Shown here: piece by piece, positions 10,662 through 17,234 of the stretch | Layout: each line of letters begins with the position of its first letter | Position numbering within the stretch: the stretch's first letter is position 1 | From: Cyanobacterium sp. DS4 | GTDB lineage: Bacteria; Cyanobacteriota; Cyanobacteriia; Cyanobacteriales; Cyanobacteriaceae | Direction of reading: 5' to 3' | Assembly (NCBI RefSeq): GCF_036345015.1 | Contig: NZ_CP084098.1 | Location: forward strand, 849,326-881,325 | Length of the DNA: 32,000 nt | Translations under genes and position numbers: made by a program | The notes under the pieces: model-generated | The model's input: the letters and a program-made list of their open reading frames with translations, nothing else | The model's database searches: none | What the model was told of the DNA's origin: nothing

Positions 10662-10810
10662 AAACTTAATCCTGATATTTACCTATCATTTTCTCATTAT
10701 TACCCACATTTTCGATGTAGAACTAAGAATATCACATATATTGTATAGATTTTCAGAGATATTTACGGTTCAAACTAACTCGAATTCGATATAAAATTAT
10801 CGCTTAAGTT

Positions 10811-10952
10811 AGGCAAAAAGCAAGAGGCAAAGGTAAAGGTAAACTGAAAGGACTGTAGGAGTGCAACGAACTCTTATTACTTGTTTCTCTCTCCCTAACA
10901 CCCCAACACCCCAATACCCCAATCCCCTACCCCTAACACCTGCAACCTGACA
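10811..10952. repeat. heptanucleotide-periodic intergenic array (locus C) including a C4-tract run
   Basis: 7-mers aggcaaa aagcaag aggcaaa ggtaaag gtaaact at 10811-10845. In-phase 7-mers aacaccc caacacc ccaatac cccaatc ccctacc cctaaca cctgcaa cctgaca at 10897-10952. Confidence 0.8.
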
Positions 10953-10995
10953 TCTACCCTTATAGGTAAACTCAGGTATTAGATTGAAAAATAGA

Positions 10996-11035
10996 CAACA
11001 AAAAAGGGGCTAACCAAAATTAATTGATTAACCCC
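10996..11035 (-). terminator. intrinsic terminator of the ycf46 operon
   Basis: The minus-strand RNA reads GGGGUUAAUCAA-UUAAUU-UUGGUUAGCCCC. This is a 12-bp stem including two G-U pairs with a 6-nt loop (11035..11006), immediately followed by UUUUUGUUG. It lies 36 nt downstream of the DUF1257 stop codon. Confidence 0.6.
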
Positions 11036-11071
11036 CATAATTGGGAACGCACTTTTAGCCAGAAAATGACA

Positions 11072-11422
11072 TTATTTAAGAACTAACTTGACGTTAGCAT
11101 TTTGTAAACCACGTTGCTTAACTTCGCTCAAAGTTTTGTTAACCGCATATTTTTGGTTGATAGAATTGATTAACTCAGTTTGATTATGCTTTTTAGCAAC
11201 GCCCCAGAGATCAGCGATTAGGTCAAAGCTACCATCAGCATTACGAGACCAACCGAGATCATATTCTCCATCTAATACTGCTACGATGTCGGCACGAATG
11301 CGTTGGCTGTTGTAGCCACGAACATCAGCGTCAGTTTTGACATTAATACCTAAGTCTTTTAAAGAATTAGTTAAGATTTCAGCATCTGTGATTTTGGTTC
11401 TTAAGGTGCTAAAATGAGACAT
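11072..11422 (-). CDS. DUF1257 (Ycf35-like) protein, third gene of the Ycf46 operon
   Basis: 116-aa ORF with a strong SD (AGGAGGA 7 nt upstream of the ATG). The sequence 'MSHFSTLRTKITDAEIL...DLGWSRNADGSFDLIADLWGVAKKHNQTELINSINQKYAVNKTL' fits the DUF1257 family that accompanies Ycf46-type ATPases in cyanobacteria. Confidence 0.75.
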   Translation of the reverse strand: MSHFSTLRTKITDAEILTNSLKDLGINVKTDADVRGYNSQRIRADIVAVLDGEYDLGWSRNADGSFDLIADLWGVAKKHNQTELINSINQKYAVNKTLSEVKQRGLQNANVKLVLK

Positions 11423-11461
11423 GGGGGATTCCTCCTAAAAGATTAATAAAAACAACAAACA

Positions 11462-11534
11462 ATTAAAAAGTAAAAAGCACATAATGTGCGATGAAAACTG
11501 TTAGCCTAAGCTAACCCTTCTCTGAAGCAGAGAA
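11462..11534 (-). promoter_or_regulatory. three tandem stem-loops in the ycf46/DUF1257 spacer (possible attenuator or processing site)
   Basis: Minus-strand hairpins are UUCUCUG-cuu-CAGAGAA (11534..11518), GUUAGC-uuag-GCUAAC (11515..11500) and GCACAUUAUGUGC (11489..11477). The last is followed by UUUUUACUUUUU. Confidence 0.4.
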
Positions 11535-11540
11535 AGCCTG

Positions 11541-13061
11541 TTAAAACTCCATGCGTTGATATTCCGCTATGGAGGACGAAGCAGGTCGGGCGCGTTGTCT
11601 TGCCCAGTCTCGTAGTGCTGAGACCTGTTCAGTCATAGTGCGGGATAGGGGCAATGTGGACTTGATAGCGGCGATAATGTCTAGCTGTGTGAACTCTCGC
11701 TCTTGGGCAAAAGCCTCATACATAGCGGCGACGATCGCTTGTTCTATTTCAGCCCCTGAAAACCCGTCAGAAACCTTTGCTAATTGATCCAGATCAAATC
11801 TGTCAATATCATGGCGACGTTTTTTGAGGTGAATATGGAAAATCGCTTCTCTTTCTTGGGCATTAGGTAAATCAACGAAGAAGATTTCGTCAAAACGACC
11901 TTTGCGTAAAAACTCACCGGGTAGTTTTTCTAAACGGTTAGCCGTTGCCATTACGAATACAGGGGATTGTTTTTCCTGCATCCATGTGAGGAATGAACCG
12001 AAAATACGACTAGATGTTCCTCCATCAGAATCTCCAGAACCCGCACTACCTGCGAAGGCCTTGTCTAACTCATCGATAAAGAGTATAGCAGGAGAAATTG
12101 ATTCTGCGGTTTTTAAGGCACTGCGTAAATTGGCTTCAGATTTACCAACCATCGAACCATCATAGACTCTACCCATATCTAAGCGAAGTAAGGGTAAACC
12201 CCATAGTTTAGAAGTAGTTTTGGCAATGAGTGACTTTCCGCACCCCGGTACGCCTAAAATCAGCATCCCTTTAGGTTGAGGTAGTCCATAATCTCTTGCT
12301 TTTTCAGTGAAAGCCTGAGAACGTTGAGTTAACCAGCGTTTCAGTTCTTCTAAACCACCTACTCCCTTGATAGTTTCATCCTCCTCGATATAGTCTAGGA
12401 TACCGTTACGACGAATTAGTTGCTTTTTCTCAGAAAGGACAATTTCAACCTCTTCATCGCTTAATTTTCCTGCCTTGACTAAGGCTTTACGATATACCTT
12501 TTCCGCTTCATCGATGGTTAAACCTAGTGCGGCACGACGCAGTCTTTCCTTAATTTCAGGCTGTAACTGCTTTCCTCTGGCTCTTTTGAGGGCTTTTTCC
12601 AAAACCTGATCCAATTCACTGGCTTGGGGTAAGGGAAAATCTAACACCACGAGGTCTTTTTCCAATTCTAAAGGAGTTTGTTGATAAGGGGACATTAATA
12701 TGATAATCTTATCTGTACCTTTAAAAGAGGCGATCGCATCTCTTAACCAACGGGTAACGGGGGGAGACTCTAAGTAAGGATGTAAGTCTTTGAAGATATA
12801 GATTCCAGCTTCCTTCTGTCTGACAACCCACTCGATGGCCGCTTCAGGGGATACGGTGTTGTGTTGTACAGAACTACGACTAGGGTTATCTAATTCCACT
12901 AGACCACGAGTAACAGTCCAAGCATAAATGCGAGGGGGATTCTTACTGTCTGACTCTGCCACTATATCGGCGATCGCCTTTTCAGCTCTTTCTTCCTCGG
13001 ATGTCACCAAGTAGATGAGAGGATATTGAGCTTTAATCAGAGTGTTTAGTTCTTCTTTCAT
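11541..13061 (-). CDS. ycf46: AAA+ ATPase, Ycf46 family
   Basis: 506-aa ORF with Walker A 'GVPGCGKSLIAK', Walker B 'AILFIDELDKA' and second region of homology 'VMATANRLEKLPGEFLRKGRFDEIFFVDLP'. The N-terminal non-ATPase domain 'YPLIYLVTSEEERAEKAI' is typical of Ycf46. Confidence 0.85.
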   Translation of the reverse strand: MKEELNTLIKAQYPLIYLVTSEEERAEKAIADIVAESDSKNPPRIYAWTVTRGLVELDNPSRSSVQHNTVSPEAAIEWVVRQKEAGIYIFKDLHPYLESPPVTRWLRDAIASFKGTDKIIILMSPYQQTPLELEKDLVVLDFPLPQASELDQVLEKALKRARGKQLQPEIKERLRRAALGLTIDEAEKVYRKALVKAGKLSDEEVEIVLSEKKQLIRRNGILDYIEEDETIKGVGGLEELKRWLTQRSQAFTEKARDYGLPQPKGMLILGVPGCGKSLIAKTTSKLWGLPLLRLDMGRVYDGSMVGKSEANLRSALKTAESISPAILFIDELDKAFAGSAGSGDSDGGTSSRIFGSFLTWMQEKQSPVFVMATANRLEKLPGEFLRKGRFDEIFFVDLPNAQEREAIFHIHLKKRRHDIDRFDLDQLAKVSDGFSGAEIEQAIVAAMYEAFAQEREFTQLDIIAAIKSTLPLSRTMTEQVSALRDWARQRARPASSSIAEYQRMEF

Positions 13062-13117
13062 GGGATCAACCTCTTTATGTAGGCAGTTTACTGTCGTTAT
13101 AGACTATGAATCACCGT

Positions 13118-13462
13118 TTAGCAGGGAATTAACTCCTCTTGCCCTTCTGTACCAGTAGTCACGGAAGATTTTTCACCAATTAAGGGAAACTCTTCATCAA
13201 CAATACTAGGTTGGTTTTTCAAAGAAATCATTTTGCCATCACGCATTACCATTGCGGCATTACATTCAGGGCAAACGTGTACTTGGTGAGTTTTGCCATA
13301 ACTGGCCTCTACTTCCTCCACGGTTTCCGGGTGTTGAAGATAAAAGCTAATAGCTTTTTCGACTAAAGCTGACATGGAATCAGTTTCGATCGCCGCCTTT
13401 ACTTTCAATTGACGGTGTAAGGTAGGTGGAAGATAAAGAGTAACTTTTTGCTTATCTTGCAT
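13118..13462 (-). CDS. small RHH-like protein, first gene of the Ycf46 operon
   Basis: 114-aa ORF. The N-terminal 'KVTLYLPPTLHRQLKVKAAIETDSMSALVEKAISFYL' looks like a ribbon-helix-helix. A central 'CPEC' follows. It sits 56 nt upstream of ycf46 on the same strand. Confidence 0.5.
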   Translation of the reverse strand: MQDKQKVTLYLPPTLHRQLKVKAAIETDSMSALVEKAISFYLQHPETVEEVEASYGKTHQVHVCPECNAAMVMRDGKMISLKNQPSIVDEEFPLIGEKSSVTTGTEGQEELIPC

Positions 13463-13500
13463 ATTCGCTTTATTTTGATATGCCCAAATGCGATGTTCTT

Positions 13501-13529
13501 AATTTAACTGCTTTTTTTTCATCTGTCAA
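13501..13529 (-). promoter_or_regulatory. candidate sigma70-type promoter of the RHH/ycf46/DUF1257 operon
   Basis: The minus strand reads TTGACAtcTTGACA-gatgaaaaaaaagcagt-TAAATT. That is a consensus -35 (13529..13524), a 17-nt spacer and a -10 (13506..13501), about 38 nt upstream of the ATG at 13462. Confidence 0.4.
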
Positions 13530-13655
13530 GATGTCAACCCGTTATAATGGCAATATTGTTACAAAACTTTACATTAGGCTAATAAAATCACCTCAGTTTG
13601 ACATAAGAATACCTTAATTTAGAAAGGTTTGAGGGTATAGGAATTGAAATTAGTT

Positions 13656-14297
13656 TTAAAGAATATTGAGATATTTATGAGTTTGCAAACTCATTCGCCA
13701 TTGTGGATGAGAAAGAATATAGTCTATGACTAATTTCTGACTAGCAGGATTTTCCCACTGAGGTTGTAAATATTTGACTGTATGTCTAGGTAATTTTTCT
13801 GCCTCTGAGACTGCCCATTTTAAATCGTTTTCATTATCAATAACTACTTTTAACTCATCTACTTGAGCATAAATACTTTCATAAGGCTTCTTATATGGTT
13901 TAGGAGAAAGAGTTACCCAGTCAAATTCTCCAGTAAAAACATTGCTTCCAGAAGTTTCTAAATGAGTTTGATAACCTCCATACTTTAATATTTTAGTTAA
14001 AGGCAGAAGATTGTGTAATAAAGGCTCTCCTCCAGTGATAATAATATGTTTAGTCTCAATCGTATTGACTTCATTCAATAAATTTTCTACCGTAAAGAAA
14101 GGATATTTTTTCATTGACCAAGTTTCTTTTTGATCACACCAAGGGCAGTAAACATCACATCCTGCCAAGCGAATGAAAAAAGCATTAACACCCGCCCAAA
14201 AGCCTTCTCCTTGTAAAGAATGAAAAATCTCCACTACAGGATACTCTACTTTTAAATAGTCTTTTATATCTTCTTCTTTTTTATTAGATAAAAGCAT
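13656..14297 (-). CDS. queE: 7-carboxy-7-deazaguanine synthase (radical SAM)
   Basis: 213-aa ORF with the radical-SAM cluster motif 'CDVYCPWCD' (CxxxCxxC), 'IITGGEPLL' and an N-terminal 'FHSLQGEG'. Confidence 0.8.
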   Translation of the reverse strand: MLLSNKKEEDIKDYLKVEYPVVEIFHSLQGEGFWAGVNAFFIRLAGCDVYCPWCDQKETWSMKKYPFFTVENLLNEVNTIETKHIIITGGEPLLHNLLPLTKILKYGGYQTHLETSGSNVFTGEFDWVTLSPKPYKKPYESIYAQVDELKVVIDNENDLKWAVSEAEKLPRHTVKYLQPQWENPASQKLVIDYILSHPQWRMSLQTHKYLNIL

Positions 14298-14322
14298 TAA
14301 TCTTACTCCTATATTAAAAATA

Positions 14323-14658
14323 TTAATTTACAACACCAAAATAATTAATAATTAAGTTATCATCACCATTATTAATGATTTCATGATTTTCATTTGGCTC
14401 AACTAAAACACAAACACCTTTTTCTAAAATATATTCTCGCTCATTAATTTTAATAATTCCCGTTCCTTTTTCCACATAAAAAACTTCCCACATATCATCA
14501 TGATTATGAACATATGCAACTTGTTTAGGAGCGAAAATAGCTTGTGAAAAATTAGTAATATGGGGCAATTTTCCCTTGTTTAAAATAGTCTTTTTTTTAA
14601 TAGATTGATTATGAGATACTGACTGATTAGGTAATTCTTTTAGAGAAATATATTCCAT
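14323..14658 (-). CDS. cupin-fold protein (cupin_2), function unknown
   Basis: Both cupin motifs are present: 'VHNHDDMWEVFYVEKG' and 'GVCVLVEPNENHEIIN'. The track ORF starts at a TTG (14691). I prefer the first ATG at 14658, giving 111 aa. Confidence 0.7.
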   Translation of the reverse strand: MEYISLKELPNQSVSHNQSIKKKTILNKGKLPHITNFSQAIFAPKQVAYVHNHDDMWEVFYVEKGTGIIKINEREYILEKGVCVLVEPNENHEIINNGDDNLIINYFGVVN

Positions 14659-14741
14659 ATTGATTGAGGAATTTATATTTTTATAGATCAATTATTATAA
14701 ACTATTTTAAACCTCAGATGTAATGTAAATACAGAAAAATT

Positions 14742-15776
14742 TTATCTGTTTTTGTCACTGGCAAAATTTAAGAGTGAAACAACTTTAGGATGAAAAGTAA
14801 ACAAATTATCAACGGCAAAAATTTTTTCTACTATTGACTTTAAAACATTAACCACGACACTATTACCAAATTGTTTATAGGCAATATTTTTACTATCACT
14901 AATTACAAAATCATCAGGAAACCCCATAATTCTGGCACATTCTCTTGGTGCTAATTTCCTGATTTTACCATTGATTAAATAAACTCCTGTTTTCGCACCG
15001 ACACCACCACCATAAGCTGATAGAGTGATAGCATGACCAAATTGATGATATATTCTTTCTCCTTGCCCACCTTTATTAATCATACCGATTCTGATGGGTT
15101 TTTGTGGATAATTACCGAAAATATCTCTATTTATTTCTAAATTATCCTTAATTTTTATATCACTTCTATTAATAATAAAATCTTGAATTTCTGAGTTATC
15201 TAAACAAAAATCGATTAAACTGGTTGCTTTACTATAACTATTAGGAAAAATAAAATTTTTAACTTTTAAATCTTTTCTAAAACCTAAAATATAAATTCTT
15301 TCTCTTCTTTGAGGTACACCAAAATTAGAAGCATTTAATACTTGATAAAAAACATGATAACCAATCTCATTTAAAGTATTGTCCACAACTTTTAAGGTTT
15401 TTCCCTCATGATGCCTAGCAAAATTTTTCACATTTTCTAAGATTAACAATAACGGTTGATGATATTGAGCAATTCTCACTATATCAAAAAATAAAGTACC
15501 CCTAGTATCATTAAATCCTAATTGTTTGCCAGAAATACTAAAGGCTTGACAAGGAAAACCAGCACACAAAATATCATGCCTAGGAATATTATTTTTGGGA
15601 ATTATGGTTATATCTCCTTCGGGTAAAATACCGTAATTTTTTAAGTAAATTTCCTGACAATGTTTATCCCATTCGGAAGCAAAAACACACTTAGCTCCAT
15701 AATAATTTAATGCTTGATGAAATCCGCCAATTCCTGCGAATAAATCGATAAATTTTACATCTTTTAAAACTTTCAT
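14742..15776 (-). CDS. DNA (cytosine-5) methyltransferase, M.HhaI-like (predicted GCGC)
   Basis: 344 aa with motif I 'FIDLFAGIGGF', IV 'GFPCQAFS', VI 'ENVKNF', VIII 'QRRERIY', IX 'RKLAPRECARIMGFPDDF' and X 'GNSVVVNV'. The variable region 'KGGQGERIY...ITLSAYGGG..AKTG.YLINGK' is near-identical to the M.HhaI target-recognition loops as I recall them. Confidence 0.9.
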   Translation of the reverse strand: MKVLKDVKFIDLFAGIGGFHQALNYYGAKCVFASEWDKHCQEIYLKNYGILPEGDITIIPKNNIPRHDILCAGFPCQAFSISGKQLGFNDTRGTLFFDIVRIAQYHQPLLLILENVKNFARHHEGKTLKVVDNTLNEIGYHVFYQVLNASNFGVPQRRERIYILGFRKDLKVKNFIFPNSYSKATSLIDFCLDNSEIQDFIINRSDIKIKDNLEINRDIFGNYPQKPIRIGMINKGGQGERIYHQFGHAITLSAYGGGVGAKTGVYLINGKIRKLAPRECARIMGFPDDFVISDSKNIAYKQFGNSVVVNVLKSIVEKIFAVDNLFTFHPKVVSLLNFASDKNR

Positions 15777-15785
15777 TTATTCATT

Positions 15786-16175
15786 TTAAGGATAAGATAA
15801 TAAATTAATTTCATCAATAAAACGATAGTCACTTTGATTTTTCGACAAAAGAGGAATATCTAAAATAATTGCCGTAGCCGCTATCAAAGCATCTGCAATT
15901 AATAATCCATGACTGAGACGATATTTTTCTAATAATTGACACCCTTGATTCGAGATTGATTCATTAACATTAATAATCAAAAATCCTTGCAAAAATTTAT
16001 TAAGTTTTTGTTGCTCTATTTTATTGCGACAACCGATTATTAACTCCATTTTAGTAATGACGCTTATACATAGTTTATTATTTAATTTTTCTTTGTTAAT
16101 TCGATTAATTGCTGTATAAATTTCTCGACTAATATCGATTTAAATATCCGTATCAATTCAAATTTTATTACTCAT
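15786..16175 (-). pseudogene. PIN-domain (VapC-type) toxin gene disrupted by two in-frame stop codons
   Basis: The frame from ATG 16175 reads MSNKI*IDTDI*IDISREIYTAINRINKEKLNNKLCISVITKMELIIGCRN...ADALIAATAI...NQSDY. That is 129 codons, a normal PIN length. The stops are TGA at 16160..16158 and TAA at 16142..16140, each one substitution away from a TTA Leu codon. The track only reports the 87-aa C-terminal remnant (15786..16049). Confidence 0.8.
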
Positions 16176-16182
16176 TTAATTA

Positions 16183-16422
16183 CTACCACTCTTGCTTTCT
16201 AATTTCTCTTACCCATTCACTACTATTCTTCATATCTTCTCTATCTTTCCACATTCCAATAAAGGATTCTTCATCTATTTTATCAGTAAGTTCTAAATCT
16301 CTATTGTCACTTTTTAATGAGGGATACCGTTTTTTTAATAATTCAATAAAATCGAGCAATAATAATTGTAACTCTTCAGGAATACTGTCAATTTCTGCTT
16401 TAATTAAATCTGCGATAGTCAT
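16183..16422 (-). CDS. DUF2281-type antitoxin (VapB-like partner of the PIN gene)
   Basis: 79-aa acidic ORF ending 7 nt before the PIN ATG. It has 'IPEELQLLLLDFIELLKKRY' and a C-terminal 'GMWKDREDMKNSSEWVREIRKQEW', typical of DUF2281 antitoxins found upstream of PIN toxins in cyanobacteria. Confidence 0.65.
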   Translation of the reverse strand: MTIADLIKAEIDSIPEELQLLLLDFIELLKKRYPSLKSDNRDLELTDKIDEESFIGMWKDREDMKNSSEWVREIRKQEW

Positions 16423-16436
16423 AAAATATCTCCTAA

Positions 16437-17234
16437 TTATTCTTGTTTACAAATATTCTTTATTTCTTCTTCTGAAATCTCATTTTTAAACACTAATTGA
16501 TAGTGTTTTTCTTCCACAACAGAAAGACGGAATTTTTCCTGAGTTTCTTCTACAGATAACTCTAAAATAGCTACATCATTATCGCTTAAAAACTGCAAAG
16601 CAATAGGCTTACAAATTAGATTCGGATAGCGAATTTTACAAAACTCAATATCTTGCATAACTTGTACAATACCAAAGCTATCACCTGGTGATTTCGCTTG
16701 ACAAGGTAAAACAAAATGAGCACCTCTTTTATTAATTCCTAAATAAATTTCATCAATTTCAATTTGTCCAATAGTATCTATACTGGTTCTTAAATGATTT
16801 TGAATTGAATAACAAGTTAATCCAGTAAATATATCAATTAGTCGATTATATCGAACTTTGGTTAATAAGGCTTGTTCATCCATACCCGGTGCATAGCGTT
16901 TCACAATTTCGGGAGTAGCATCTGGTATTTTTATTAACTGTCTATTTTTTGTTACTTCAATTTTCCCCGGAGTTGCTTGTCTAAATTCGTATGAAGCTCT
17001 ACCAGTACCAATTATAATCCAATCAGTATTTTCGGGAGCTTTATTTTTGATAGAATCAGGCAAATTTCTCCTAAAGCGATAAGTGTAGGGAATATCACCT
17101 AAATTTTTTATTCTATTAATATTTAAAGTGTCACAGGCTTCAGCTAATTCTTCTCTACCAAATGATACTTTTTTATAACCTTCCTTATAGTTATTAAAGA
17201 ATACTGTTTCTATAATGTCATCATATTTACTCAT
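16437..17234 (-). CDS. 265-aa ORF of unrecognised family; candidate type II restriction endonuclease
   Basis: Its ATG overlaps the upstream methyltransferase stop (ATGA at 17234..17231). It has a PD-(D/E)XK-like constellation: 'GQIEIDEIYLG', then 17 residues, then 'VLPCQAKSP'. I could not name any homolog. Confidence 0.45.
   Translation of the reverse strand: MSKYDDIIETVFFNNYKEGYKKVSFGREELAEACDTLNINRIKNLGDIPYTYRFRRNLPDSIKNKAPENTDWIIIGTGRASYEFRQATPGKIEVTKNRQLIKIPDATPEIVKRYAPGMDEQALLTKVRYNRLIDIFTGLTCYSIQNHLRTSIDTIGQIEIDEIYLGINKRGAHFVLPCQAKSPGDSFGIVQVMQDIEFCKIRYPNLICKPIALQFLSDNDVAILELSVEETQEKFRLSVVEEKHYQLVFKNEISEEEIKNICKQE

Noticed and set aside
11569-12165. Track ORFs 11569..11787(+) and 11902..12165(+) antisense to ycf46
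   Set aside because: The GC-rich ycf46 sequence leaves long open antisense frames. The products are Ala/Ser/Arg-rich with no motifs.
13543-13548. Plus-strand TATAAT that could drive antisense transcription into queE
   Set aside because: There is no acceptable -35 or TG extension at the right spacing. The same segment is better explained as the minus-strand promoter region of the ycf46 operon.
14659-14691. Non-ATG N-terminal extensions used by the ORF track: TTG at 14691 (cupin), TTG at 21141 (petD) and GTG at 24289 (M23 peptidase)
   Set aside because: In each case an in-frame ATG a few codons downstream gives an N-terminus that fits the family better. PetD then starts MSNP..., and the peptidase gains a proper signal peptide with an SD-like AAGGA.
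13656-15776. queE beside DNA methyltransferases as a 7-deazaguanine DNA-modification (dpd-like) system
   Set aside because: The window has no DpdA/TGT-like transglycosylase, no QueC/QueD and no DpdB/C-type genes. queE alone is adequately explained by tRNA queuosine biosynthesis. The adjacency is probably an island insertion next to it.
16304-16489. Track ORF 16304..16489(+) antisense to the antitoxin and nuclease-candidate junction
   Set aside because: The product is low-complexity (Asn/Ser/Leu/Ile) and overlaps two better-supported minus-strand genes.
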